Positions 1 through 15,033 of a stretch of DNA of 64,000 nucleotides are shown here, in pieces. The notes below the pieces were generated by a model. It was not told where the DNA came from. It made no database searches and saw only the letters and a program-made list of their open reading frames with translations. This DNA is from Octopus vulgaris (taxonomy: Eukaryota). The stretch spans positions 54,622,001-54,686,000 of the forward strand of contig OX597825.1 in assembly GCA_951406725.2 (NCBI GenBank). Direction: 5' to 3'. A program made the translations under genes and the position numbers. How positions within the stretch are numbered: position 1 is the stretch's first letter; each line of letters begins with the position of its first letter.

Positions 1-673
<673 letters not shown>

Positions 674-1105
674 ACCACAGATTTGCTTGTCAGTTGTTTG
701 ACCTTAACCAGTTGAGCATGTCCCTTAGTGGCTGACGATATGTGCATCTCTGATCACGAGCAGAAGTAGTGGGGGAGCATCATAGCCATGTGTTGAGAGG
801 GATTCTTTGGGGTTTGAATAGTTCACCTCTGGAAATATGGGTGGTTCTTTCAACATCCTTAAACAACCCTTATTCAGGGACCGTTTGAGCGGGATAGGCT
901 ACTCAACCTGAAGAAAATTCTAAATGGGCCCCACCTGCAAGGTCATGTGCTGTTTATCTTGGTATGAGATCACCATGTCGCGCACATATGGTTGTGATGC
1001 ATGTGCCTGGTGTACCTTTATCAGACGGGTAGTCATGATGGGTATATTGGGCTTCGTATATTTTACCCCAGTGTCACTTTGATGGCATGAACTACTCTCT
1101 CACTT
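674..1105 (+). mobile_element. ~450-bp non-coding (AAT)n-tailed retroelement, copy 1 (5'-truncated)
   Basis: Near-identical to 1257-1728 and 5512-5956; ends ctctctcact then (AAT)n. Confidence 0.8.
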
Positions 1106-1256
<151 letters not shown>

Positions 1257-1728
1257 ATGGTATAAAAGATGGGCTACAGCAAATATTCTGCTCAATACCA
1301 CAGATTTGCTTGTCAGTTGTTTGACCTTAACCAGTTGAGCATGTCCCTTAGTGGCTAACGATATGTGCATCTCTGATCACGAGCAGAAGTAGTGGGGGAG
1401 CATCATAGCCATGTGTTGAGAGGGATTCTTTGGGGTTTGAATAATTCACCTCTGGAAACATGGGTGTTTCGTTCAACATCCTAAAGCAAATCTTATTCAG
1501 GGACCTTTTGAGCAGGATGGGCTACTCGACCTGAAGAAAATTCTAACTGGGCCCCACCTGCAAGGTCATGTGCTGTTTATCTTGATATGAGATCACCATG
1601 TCGCGCACATATGGTTGTGATGCATGTGCCTAGTGTACCCTTATAAGACGGGTAGTCATGATGGGTATACTGGGCTTCCTATATTTTACCCCAGTGTCAC
1701 TTTGATGGCATGCACTGCTCTCTCACTC
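1257..1728 (+). mobile_element. ~450-bp non-coding (AAT)n-tailed retroelement, copy 2 (longest)
   Basis: Starts atggtataaaagatgggctacagc, ends ctctctcactc+(AAT)n. Confidence 0.8.
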
Positions 1729-3709
<1,981 letters not shown>

Positions 3710-3738
3710 ATAATAATAATAATAATGATAAATTTGGC

Positions 3739-3785
<47 letters not shown>

Positions 3786-3786
<1 letters not shown>

Positions 3787-5470
3787 TCTGCATAGCCCTA
3801 ATACCCCTTACAAGTGAATTAAACAGAACAGGGTATGGGTATAAAATTGCCAATAAAAAAATAAGCCATCTATTTTATATGGATGACTTAAAACTCTATG
3901 GTAAAGACAATAATGAACTTTAAGGCCTATTGCGCACTGTGAAAGCATTCAGCGATGACATCGGGATAGAGTTTGGACTTGAGAAGTGTGCCAAGGCCAC
4001 TTTCCAGAAAGGGAAAGTGAAGACCACAAATTCAGTCGTGTTAGATATTGACAGTCATAAGAGAGCTTGAGCAAGAACAAACATACAAATATTTAGAGAT
4101 AAATGAAGGCTCTGGTATTCAGCATGCAAGCATGAAAGAGAAGATCAGGAAGGAATGCTATAGGAGAGTTCGTGCAGTCCTGAAATCTGAACTAAATGCA
4201 CGTAACAAGGTGTTAGCTATAAATTCCTTAGCAGTTCCAGTTGTTACTTATAGCTACAATGTGTTGAACTGGAATATGAGTGAAGTAAAGAATATAGATA
4301 GGAAAATACGCAAGCTGCTGAGTTGTAATAGGATGCACCACCCAAAGGCAGACGTAGATCGCCTTTACCTTCCCAGAGCCCAAGGAGGTCGAGGCCTGAT
4401 CCAATTTGAACTAGCTTACAAAACAACCACAATTGGACTGGCCAAATATCTTGAAATAACGAATGACTGAATGCTAAAGCTCGTGGAAAATCACGAGAGA
4501 CGAAAGAAGCTTCATTCTATCATAAAGGAAAGCAAAAAATGTGCTATTGATCTCGTGCAGGATACCCAAACTGAACAACCCGAGGGATGTACGGCAACTA
4601 TTGTTGCAAAGAAGGTGAAAATAATGGCAACGAAAAAAGCGCACGAGCAATTGGCTGATAGGTGGGAGGAGAAACCTCTGCACGGCAAATATGTGGCCCG
4701 CAGCAAACAAGCTGGTGTTGACCAGAAGCAAACCCATCAGTGGCTACGGAGCTCAGGGCTATAAGCAGAGAGCGAAGGTTTCATCCTGGCTGCTCAAGAT
4801 CAAAGCCTATTAACCCGGAACTACCAGGCCAACGTGATGAAAAATGGAGCAGACCCAAAATGCCGATTCTGCAACTGCCGACAAGTGGTATAATCACCAC
4901 CCTCAGGCTGTAACTGAAGGAGAAAATGTAACCATTCTGTGGGACTTTCCAGTACATACAGACCGAACCATCAAGGCCAATAAACCAGATATTGTTGTGA
5001 AAGACCAAAACAATAAAGTTTGCTTATTGATCGACATGAGCATCCCCTGTGATCATAATATCTGAGCGAAAGAGTTTGACAAGCTCAGAAAATATAAAGA
5101 CCTACTCATTGAAATTGAGAAAATGTGGCATCTCAAGGCGGTTACAATACCAGTGATCGTAGGAGCACTAGGAATGATCAAGAAGGGAACCGAAAATTAT
5201 ATGAGAATGATCCCTGGCTTACCATCCCTGCAAGAAGTGCAAAAGATTGTCTTAACTGGTACATCACACGTATTGAGAAGAGCATTGTCGATGTGAGAAC
5301 TGTTGCTGCTCATGTATTTTAATTTAACTTAAAAAAAAAAAAAAAATTAACGAACTACTGAGTTTGGTTTAATGGCCTACCAACGTATACTATGAGTTTC
5401 TTTGCCCTAGGAGTCGGGAAGACACTCGGCAAGAAATGGAAGCAAATTTGAAAGAAGAAAAAAAAATTTT
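3786..5470 (+). mobile_element. Second, divergent 5'-truncated R4/Dong-clade element (pseudogenised)
   Basis: FCIALIPL...HLFYMDDLKLY; MHHPKADVDRLY; WLRSSGL; KPDIVVKD; LTGTSHVLRRALSM*; internal stops; deletion through the zinc knuckle near 4875; different 3' UTR; (AAT)n flanks. Confidence 0.9.
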
Positions 5471-5511
5471 ATAATAATGATAATAATAATGATGATGATG
5501 ATGATGATGAT

Positions 5512-5954
5512 GAGATGGGCAAATATTCTGCTCAATACCACAGATTTCCTTGTCAGTTGCTTGACCTTAACCATTTGATCATGTCCCTTTGTGGCTAACG
5601 ATATGTGCATCTCTGATCACGAGCAGAAGTAGTGGGGGAGCATCATAGCCATGTGTTGAGAGGAATTCTTTGGGGTTTGAATAATTCACCTCTGGAAACA
5701 TGGGTGTTTCGTTCAACATCCTTAAGCAACCCTTATTCAGGGACCTTTTGAGCAGGATGGGTTACTCAACTAGAAGAAAATTCTAACTGGGCCCCACCTG
5801 CGAGGTCATAAACTGTTTATCTTGATATGAGATCACCATGTCGCGCACATATGGTGGTGATGCATGTGCCTAGTGTACCCTTATCAGCCGGGTAGTCAGC
5901 TGGGCTTCGTATATTTTACCCCAGTTTGATGGTATGCACTGCCATCTCTCACTC

Positions 5955-5956
<2 letters not shown>
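5512..5956 (+). mobile_element. ~450-bp non-coding (AAT)n-tailed retroelement, copy 3
   Basis: Matches copies 1 and 2 with small deletions; ends ctctctcactc+(AAT)n. Confidence 0.8.
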
Positions 5957-6024
<68 letters not shown>

Positions 6025-6035
6025 ATGATAATGAT

Positions 6036-6150
6036 CCTTACTACAGTAGGCACTGAGAAGATGTTAGTCGATTACATCGACCTCAGTACGCCACCGAAAG
6101 ATGGAAAGGTGAAGTCGAATTCAGCGAAAGTTGAACTCCGAACGTGAGAC
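6036..6150 (-). mobile_element. Decayed SINE fragment (family B)
   Basis: Reverse complement resembles the gagttcaaattccgccgaggtcgactttgcctttcatcctttcggggtcgat motif at 55250. Confidence 0.6.
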
Positions 6151-6159
6151 AGACAAAAT

Positions 6160-6710
6160 GCTAGAGGAAGAGGAGGAGGAGGAGGAGGAGGAGGAGGAGG
6201 AGGAGGAGGAGGAGGTGGACGACGATGACGATGACAATATCAACGACAACAGCAACGACATCAACATCAACAGCATCAGCAACACTAATTTTATAGTTGC
6301 CACAATGTGTTATGAGGTCAATATGTTAAAATCTGTAGAATATTTTCGGAGAATCGATTACGAAATAAAAGCAAACCCGGGAAATCACAGTATACAGAAG
6401 GACTTAGATGTGATATTGCATCATCAACCAATCGATGAACCTAGCCCCAGATATTCAAGATTACTCTGACAACTAAGAACAAATATTAAATGCATTCCCC
6501 GAGCTATAGGGATGTAAAGTGCCAAGCACTGTATGTCATCATTCTGCTAATGATTTCCACTAAGACATGGACGTACTGAGAATGCCAGCTGATCCTTTCA
6601 TCTTTCTTCGGTACATTCTGCTTCCATTCTAGAGAAACTTCTTTAATTAATCCTGCAACTCTTTATAAAAGTATCAGTTTTTGCAGAAACCATGCAGTCG
6701 CTATTGCTCT

Positions 6711-6744
<34 letters not shown>

Positions 6745-6925
6745 GGTTGTGGGGATGATGATGATGATGATGATGTTTGTGGTGGTGGTGGTGGCGGTGG
6801 AGGTGGTGGTGGTGGTGGTGGTGGTGGTGGCGGTGGTGCTGGTGGTAGTGCTGGTGGTAGTGCTGGTGGTGGTGGTGGTGGCGGTGGTGGTGGCGAGGGG
6901 GGGAGTCGACGACGATGATGATGCA
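6160..6925. repeat. Low-complexity (GAG)n, (GAC)n, (GAT)n and (GGT)n tracts with a unique spacer
   Basis: Seen directly. Confidence 0.85.
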
Positions 6926-7465
6926 GTCACTTTTTGTTGCTGCTTGTCACTGTTGTTGTGGCGACATCTTTAATCCTGCTACTTAGATGCAATTGCATTT
7001 TTTTCCATCGGTCCGGCTTCCATTGCCGGGAGAGTTGCTGCTTGTTAATACTGGTGGCTGGTGGTAAGTAGTATTCTTGTTCTTGTAGTTGTTCCTGCAG
7101 CCGTCCCTAACACTGCATGATGCTGTGCTACCACTCGCATATGTGATCGCGGCACTGGTAATAACAATTCCTTTGTCCGGTTTTGAACAAGAGATTTCTT
7201 TCTATTTTTCTTAATCCATTTCTCCCCCTCTAGTCTCGTTTTTCTCACACAATTTCATAAATTTAATTTTTAAAATTTCGTAAATAATTTTTCGGACTCT
7301 TATCTGATAACATTTGTATTTTGATGGTATCTCCCACGTCAAAATGTGCAATTTAAAGACCTTAAACTGATAAAGGAACCACAATTCACTTCAAATGCAC
7401 AGTCAAACAATAATGCTATATGTGCACAGAAGAGCTACTGACAATAAATCTTTCTATATGCTCAC

Positions 7466-7550
7466 GGACATATAGCGTAATGGATAAGAGCGTGGGCTAA
7501 GCCTCAGATTGCGAGTTCAATTCCAGGCAGTGCCTTTAATTAATTAATTG

Positions 7551-7586
<36 letters not shown>

Positions 7587-7765
7587 TCAACAAAACAATG
7601 CTTTAGGAATGAGAACCCAGGGTTGGGTTCAAAATTCTACCAGGACACCTGATGAAAGCTGGAGAGTAAACAGCCGAAACGTTGTGGTAACAACAAATAA
7701 GATGGGCACACATATCCATCCAATGTAGATATTGTACAGAATTCTTCATCTCTAAAATATAGAAC
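7466..7765 (+). mobile_element. tRNA-headed SINE-like element carrying a hammerhead-like motif
   Basis: A-box TAGCGTAATGG (7473), B-box GAGTTCAATTCC (7513), internal (AAT)n, then a body homologous to 63922-64000 containing CTGATGA...GAAACGTT. Confidence 0.7.
7644..7688 (+). ncRNA. Minimal type I hammerhead ribozyme-like motif
   Basis: GACAC-CTGATGA-A-AGCTG(gagagtaaa)CAGCC-GAAAC-GTT-GTGGT; palindromic AACGTT in the stem III position. Confidence 0.6.
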
Positions 7766-8199
7766 AGTGAAATATAGAAAAGTCTTTCTAATTTTAGTAC
7801 AAGGTCAGCGATTTCGAAGAAAGGGTCATGTAGAGTTGTTGAAGCATGATCAGTAAAACAAGTGTCACCTTAGTCTGCTGGCTGTAACAATTGACACTTT
7901 CCATCTCACCCAATAAAATATGAGATTTTTTCATGATATAGCAATTTATCTTATTTGGCACAGGTGAATGAGATGAGGGGTTACATTGTAGAGAAATGTT
8001 ACAATGTGTGTAGTGGGTTACCTAAAATATGATGGGAAGAAATGAGATAAAAGCATTTACAGTATACAAACTATGTAAACAGAAGTACGGTGCAGTTCTG
8101 ATACAGGGGAACTTCCCACCAAGGAAACCTTACAGATCTAGGGCCATCGTGATCAACAATGCCTCAGGCTTCGACCAATTCATTCACCCTAACCATATT

Positions 8200-8880
8200 T
8201 ACCAGTCACCCAGCTTTTGATAAATTTTCTGAGAATGATTTTCCTTTAATCCTGGAACTTAAGATAATCGCTGAGTGCTTGACCGAAGAGGAAAGTATTA
8301 GTCTTCAATCCATTCTGCCTCGTCTATCGCACAACCTTTTTCGCCACCGCAACTAGACAGAGGAACTCCAGCTGCGCTACCTAATTAAAATTCGACTGGT
8401 GGGCAATCCTGTCAATGAAATCGATCGATACTCAGATTTGTCCTACCCTCGATAGCAGCGGTTCGACATAATTCTTAAAGTTATCAATGCTCAGAGACTG
8501 CAGCAGAGCGTGAAGTACGGTTTCGTTACACTGTGCCCATCTTAAGAGACCCGTCTTATAGCTATACTTCCGTACCTGTAGAAGTTGCACTGACCTGGCA
8601 GTTCCTCTTAGTAGCACTAACCGGTCAGAGATTTCTGAAAGTTATCGAGAATGTCCTCCGAAACAGACACCTGCTTCGTCCTCATCGACGGCTCTAGTTC
8701 TTCCGTGAACGTCATCATCCTTTCCACCACAAGATCACTATATTGCCTTACCCGTATAGAAAGGGACAGTTGAAAATATCGATTAAATTAAATTTTGGAT
8801 GCGATAGGACAAGAAGGTTGATGACACATTGCAAGGGCAATCCTTCGTAAATACGAGTTTGTTGTCGATGTTTATCAATA
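8200..8880 (+). mobile_element. Possible highly decayed L1/Tx1-type RT remnant
   Basis: ELKIIAECL resembles the RT KILAKVL segment; weak downstream echoes of RT motifs; many lesions. Confidence 0.3.
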
Positions 8881-8899
8881 AGCGGCCCATGCACATATA

Positions 8900-10183
8900 C
8901 GAGGGGCGTTCAATAAGTAATGCCCCTGACCCACTTGCAGTTGTTTGATCTAGCTGATGTGCACTTATTTATACCTCTATAGATTAAGTGGCGAATTACA
9001 GCTCTGAACTAATTGTGGTCTCTGATTTACAGGTGTTTTAACTGAGTCAAATGTGAAATGGAGCCTGTTGAGTGTCGAGCAGTGATCTGGTTTTTGTATT
9101 TGAAAGGACGCACACCACGGCAGACTTCATTGATGAAATGAAAGTAACTTATGGTGATGATGCCCCATCATATGACCTTGTAAAACGCTGGCATTGTTAA
9201 TTCAAACATAGTCGGAACTCTGTGGAAACAGCTCCCAGATCTGGTCGCCCCCTCCTGCCGTTGATGAGACGTCTGTCCGTCAAGTTGAGGCTGCCATTTT
9301 GGAAGGTCAACGCATAATTATTCGCCAAATAGCCCATATGGTCAAGATTAGTACCGGGTCTGTGGAAACTATCATTCATGACCATTTGCATATGCAAAAG
9401 GTGTCTGCCAGATGGATTTCCAGGTTGCTCACACCTTTCCAGAAGCAAGAACGCGTTGAGTGCTCGGGGATGAATTTGGAGATGTGCCAAGAAGATGAGT
9501 CAAAATTTTTCAAAAGACTGATTACACAGGATAAAACCTGGGTCCATCACTATGATCCATAGACCAAAGCCCAGTCAATGCAGTGAAAGCACCGTGACTC
9601 ACCTCCTCCAAAGAAGGCAAGGGTGCAGCCCTCCGCTGACAAGGTTATGCTCACAGTCTTCTGGGACCAGGACGGAGTAGTTATGACAGATTTCCTGGCA
9701 AAGAGTACCACAATTACAGGAGCCTATTATGCTTCACTTTTGAGGAAATTAAGAGAAGCTATCAAAATCAAGATGCGGAGCAAGATCAGCAAATGCATCC
9801 TCCTCCTGCAGGACAACGCTCCGGTCCACAACTCGCGTGTCGCCAGATCAGAAGCACAGGCGTGTGGCTATGAACTCCTCCCCCATTCTCCTACTCTCCT
9901 GACCTTGCACCCTCTGATTTTCACCTCTTCCCAGCCATGAAGTTGATTTTGAAAGGAAAGCGTTTCCCAGATGATGCAGCTTTGATTTATGAAGTCACGT
10001 CGTGGTTGGAGGACCAAGCTGGGGTGTTCTACAAAAACGGTCTCCAGAGCTGTATCAAACGATGGGAGAAATGCATATCTCTGGGTAGTTCCTATGTAGG
10101 AAAAGACTAATAACTGTGCCAAGTGTCGTTGCTCTACTGCTATGGGAAGTGGGTCAGGGGCATTACTTATTGAACGCCCCTCG
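8900..10183 (+). mobile_element. Full-length mariner (DD34D) transposon, pseudogenised
   Basis: TIRs cgaggggcgttcaataagtaatgcccctgacccactt at both ends; TA flanks; ATG 9058 to TAA 10110 with stops and frameshifts; WISRLL, TQDKTW, LLQDNA, HSP.SPDLAPSDF motifs. Confidence 0.95.
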
Positions 10184-10639
10184 TATATATACATATATAA
10201 CTTTTAGGGCACTTACCCATTTAAGAGGATTCCACCAAGATCCTGCTACTGCCATACCACTCCCTGATTCTTCTTCTTCTTCTTCTATTTCGTCACCTTC
10301 TTTCTATACTACTACTGCTGATTAAACATTCAAAGACAAGAATTCATATCAAACTAGCTGCTGCTAACTACCTAGAACCCACAAGAGTAAAAACAGAGAC
10401 AAACAGACGGACTGAGAAAAGGAAAATGTCCCTTGCATTTGAAAACTATGGAAATATTATTAAAAATAGATTTTATTTAATTTTTCCACAATTTAATTGT
10501 TTATCATGCTTATCTAAGTAGAAAAAGCCGCAAAGAATGAAACCGGTACTAAAATGTTCATGATAAAATTATTTTAGCATTTTCTGCCTTGTCTTATATT
10601 CCTTATACATATCGACTCGTGTGTTCCTATACAACCTTC

Positions 10640-10678
<39 letters not shown>

Positions 10679-10680
<2 letters not shown>

Positions 10681-11413
10681 TAGCTTAAGGTGACCCGATC
10701 TACCCACTCTCTTACTCTTCCTTTCTCTCAAACTCTACCTCGCTTTCTCTTACTCTCTATCTTTCTCTATCTATCTCTCTCCCATTTATAAACAACAAAG
10801 GATCTTGAGTAGGTTGAGAAAGAAAATATTTTGAAAGATCAATCATAAATATCAGGCTGTGACAACGGAAAGGTCTGCTTCAAGGCAGACACCAAAACAT
10901 TAACATTTAAAAGGGACAGGCGAACTAGCGAGCTGAATAAAAATAAAAAAATATTGGAAACCAAACTTGAAGGGATAGAATCTAAGGATAGTAGAGTGAC
11001 GATGGCTGGCATTTCTTAACGACGGACCGCAACGTAGTAGCAGTTTAACGGCTGGCGTAAAATTTTGAACGTGATGTAAAAGAAAATTCCAAAACATCAA
11101 GTTTTGAAGTGATTCTTTCTCATGACAGTAGACTCACCATGGCAAGCATTCAAAACTTCTTCATGGTGGACGGCAACACATTGACGATTTAAAGGCTGGC
11201 GCATATTCTTTAGCTTGATGTAACAGAGAATTCCTAAACACCCGCCCCTGTAAATTTTAATCTCCTTCCAGCCCCATTTAGATCCCTTTTAACATTTTGG
11301 TTAATATAACCACATTTTATAAGATGAGGAATTTTGTCCTTTCATTTGAGGAAACAATTGCTTGCTATGCAAACTCGCCAGCACTTTTAACATAGGTGTG
11401 CATATTTTCAGCT

Positions 11414-11459
<46 letters not shown>

Positions 11460-11481
11460 CATTATATATACAAATGTATAC

Positions 11482-11533
<52 letters not shown>

Positions 11534-12030
11534 TATATACACTTCGTATATATACATATTTATATATAGAACACACACACACATACACACATAAATTAAC
11601 CCAATCAATATCTGATTCATAATATTTGTTCTCATGATTGTGTGGTGTTGGTTGTGGCGATAATAATTCTTTCTATGAGTGCAGACAGACGTAGGGAGAG
11701 AGAGGATGTGGAAGAAAGAGTGAAGGCGGCAGGGCAAAGATAGTAGTCACTGTCAAATAACCTTATAGAGACGACGTGAAAGAAAGGGAGGAAAGAGAGA
11801 GAGATGGAGGAAGACAGGCAGATAAGAGAAGACTTGTCAAAGTGTGCGATTTTTGCCCTAGTAACCACACCTTTTAAGATAGGGATTTCTAACCTAGCCC
11901 ACTTATATTCTCACCTCATGTTTACATGTCCCTATAATTTTTGGAGTCAATACGACGGGATCTAGTGGCCTTTAACCCGTTCCAATGCCAAAACCAGACA
12001 AACAAATTTTCGCATTTCAGATTTATATAT
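10679..12030 (+). mobile_element. Putative non-autonomous Helitron-like element, interrupted
   Basis: 5' actagc...gacccg start at a TA tract; internal degenerate repeats (ggctggc...tgatgtaa); 3' ...agacaaacaaattttcgcatttcagatttatata end resembling Lep1-type helitrons. Confidence 0.35.
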
Positions 12031-12171
12031 ATATATGCGTGTGTGTATATATGTATGTATATATATATATATATATATATAATTTTAATCCAAACGGGAA
12101 ACAAAAAACAACAACAATGGAACAATTACAGTATTATTATTAATAGGCGCTCAGGAAATGGAAGCAGGGAG

Positions 12172-12206
12172 GTATGACGTTTCGAGCGGAGCTCTTCGTC
12201 GGAAAC
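12172..12206 (-). ncRNA. Minimal hammerhead-like motif in the PLE terminal repeat
   Basis: Minus strand GTTT-CCGACGA-A-GAGC(TCC)GCTC-GAAAC-GTC-ATAC. Confidence 0.6.
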
Positions 12207-12375
12207 ATAAAGAAGGAAGAGAGAGGAAAGAAAGATCCCAGAGCGGGCCACGGAGAGAGAGAAAAAAACGACTGGTGTTAGGAGTTACACATGGTGAAAG
12301 GCGGATGTTTACGATAACAAGAGCAAAGTGGGTTTTTAAAGGCAAAAGAGTGGAGACAAGGTTGGTAACGCAACA

Positions 12376-15000
12376 GATGTGTGTGTATGTGTGAGTGTGT
12401 GCGTGTGCGTGTGTGTATGTGTGTGTGTGAGGCGAGATAAAAAAACAAAAAATATATGTATGTGTTAGTGTGTGCGTCTGTGTGTAGGCGTGTGAGGTAG
12501 GGCGAGACGGTGGTCAGCATAGCAGCAGCATAGCAGACAAAGGTCAGTAGTAAGAAAAGGGAGGAAGGAGGAAGGGAGGGAGGGGAAGGGGTGGGGGCGT
12601 ATGTAGCGTGCCAGCGTGTGTTGGGTAGTAGTGTGTGTGTGTGTCCAGTGTCGTGGTAGTATTAATGGCGAGTAGATTGAATGTGTGTAAGAAGCAATGT
12701 GTGTGTATGTGTGCGCGTGTGTGTAACGAAAAAGGGGGGGGGGTTAAGGAAAAGGACTCCAGCGGAGGGGAAGATGGAAGAGTGGTCCCGCGGAGACGGG
12801 CGTGGGAAAACCCAACGACAAGCGACATCCCAGGAACGGGCGGGAGGTCTCGTCGGGTCCAAGGGCGAGGTGCATGCGGCGCGCATGCGTGCGCGAACCG
12901 GCGCAAGCGCGTGTGTGCGCGCGCCTGCGAGTGTGCGCGTACGTATGTGTGTGTGTGGATGTGTGAGTGTGTCTGTGTGTATGTCTGGGTGGCAGTGTGT
13001 CCGATGAATGTATGTGAGTATGTGTGTATGTATGTGTGTGCATAGATGTATGTCCGTGTGTGTGTGTGTGTGTGTATGTGTATGAGTGTGTATGTATGTA
13101 CGTGTGGGTGTGGGGAAGTGTGTGTATGTGCATGTGTGTGCGCGAACATACAGGTGTGTGAGTGAGTGCGTGTGTGTGTATGTATGTGTGAGTGTGTATG
13201 TATGTGTGTGTAGGATGCATGTATGTGTATGGGTGTATGTATGCGTGTGTGTATGTATGTATGTGTACGTGCGTGTGTGTGTGTGTATGCGTGTAGGTGT
13301 GCGCGTGTGCATGCGTGCATGCATGTGCGTATGTGTGTGTGTGTGCATGTGTGTGGGTATATATGTATGTGCGTATATGTGTGTGTATGTGCGTACATGT
13401 GTGTGTGTATGCATGTGTGTGTGTAGGTGTGTAGGCGTGTGTGTATAGGTGTATGTATGTAAGTATGTATGGGTGTGTCCGTGTATCTGTGTATGTATGT
13501 GTGTGTATGTAGCTGTGTGGGCGTGTGTATATGTGTGTGTATGTAGGTGTGTGGGCGTGTGTATATAGGTGTGTGTATGTATGTCTGGGTGTGTCCGTGC
13601 ATGTTTGTGTGTGTGTGTGTATGCATGTGTATGTAGGTGTGTGTGTGCGTGTGTAATGTGTGTGTGTATGCGTGTGTATGCGTGTGTATGCGTGCGTGTG
13701 TGTATGTAGGTGCGTGTGTATGTGTGTGGGAGTGTAGGTGTGTGTGTGCGTGTGCGTGTTTATGTTGGTGTGTGCGTATGTGAGTGTGAGTGTATGGGTG
13801 TTTGTCATGCATGTGTGTGCGCGTGCAGGTGAGTGTGTGTGTAAGTATGTGTGTGTGTATGTTTTTGTGAGTGTGTATGTGTGTATGTCTGTGTGTATGT
13901 ATGTGCGTATAGGAGTATGTAGGTATGTGTGTGTGTATGTATATGGGTGTATGTATGTATGTGTGTGTGTGTGCATGTGTATAAGTATATGCGTGTGTGC
14001 GTATGTGTGTGTATGTGTATGTGTGTGTGTTTATGTATGTGTGTATGTATGTGTGTAGGCGTGAGTGTGTAGATGTATGTATGTATGGGTGTGTGTCAGT
14101 GTGTTTGTGTGTGTGTGTAGGTAGATGTGTGTGTCTGAGTGAGGGTATGGCTGTGTAGGTGTGTAAGTGTGTGTGTATACAAGTGTAATGTATGTATGTA
14201 GGTGTGTGTGTGTGTATGTGTACGTGTGCGTATGTATGTGTGTGTGTGTATGCGTGTGAGTGTGAGTGTATGTGTGTATGTCTGAAGTGGGTATGTGTGT
14301 GTATGTATGTATGTGTGTGTGTGTGCGGGTATGTGTGTGTGTGTATGTGTGTGTGTGAGTAGGTGTGCGTGTATGTATGTGGGTAGGGATGCATGCGAGT
14401 GTGTGGGTATGTATGCAAACATACGCATGCGCACATCCGAAGCAAGCCCACACACACGAAGCGCGCTCACGCACACAACGCACAAGCAGTACAACGCAAG
14501 CCCAAAGGGGCCGACCGAGCCCCCAGCGCGCGCCAAGGCGCGCGAGCGCAAAGGCCCTCGAACGCCCCGCTACGCGGGAACCGAGGATCCATCAGCCAAA
14601 ACCGGAAAGCAGAAAAGAGGGGGGCTGCCTGGATGCAAAAAGGTGTATGTGTGTGTGCATTCAGTGTACGGGTGTGCATGTGTAGGTATGTATGTATGTA
14701 TGTGCCTACATGTATGTGTGCATGTGTGTGTGTGTGAAGTATGTACGTGCGGTGTGTGTGTGTGAGTGTGTGTGTATGTATGTGAGTATGTATGTGTGTG
14801 TGTATGTGTGTATGTATGTCTGTGTGTGTGTGTGTGTGTAAGTATGTATGTGTATGTATGTATGTGTGTGTGTATGTGCATGTGTGTCTGTAAGTGTGTG
14901 TGATTAAATGTGTGAAGGTATGTACGTAGATGGGTCTACGTATGTGTGTGTGTGAACAGGCGTGTGGGAGGTAGGTGGGTGGGTGTGTGTGGGTGGTGTG
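12376..15000. repeat. Degenerate (TG)n/(TATG)n low-complexity tract with two GC-rich islands
   Basis: Seen directly; produces the spurious His/Thr ORFs. Confidence 0.9.
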
Positions 15001-15033
15001 TCCGAAAAAAAAAAAAAAAAAAAAAAACCGATC

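Noticed and set aside
6131-6469. Acidic poly-E/D ORF
   Set aside because: Built from a SINE fragment plus (GAG)n/(GAC)n repeats
7466-7535. Functional tRNA gene
   Set aside because: A and B boxes present but the anticodon arm looks shortened and no complete cloverleaf is seen; treated as a SINE head
12544-14457. 637-aa His/Thr-rich ORF and overlapping ORFs
   Set aside because: Translation of degenerate (CA)n; open in several frames; no domain
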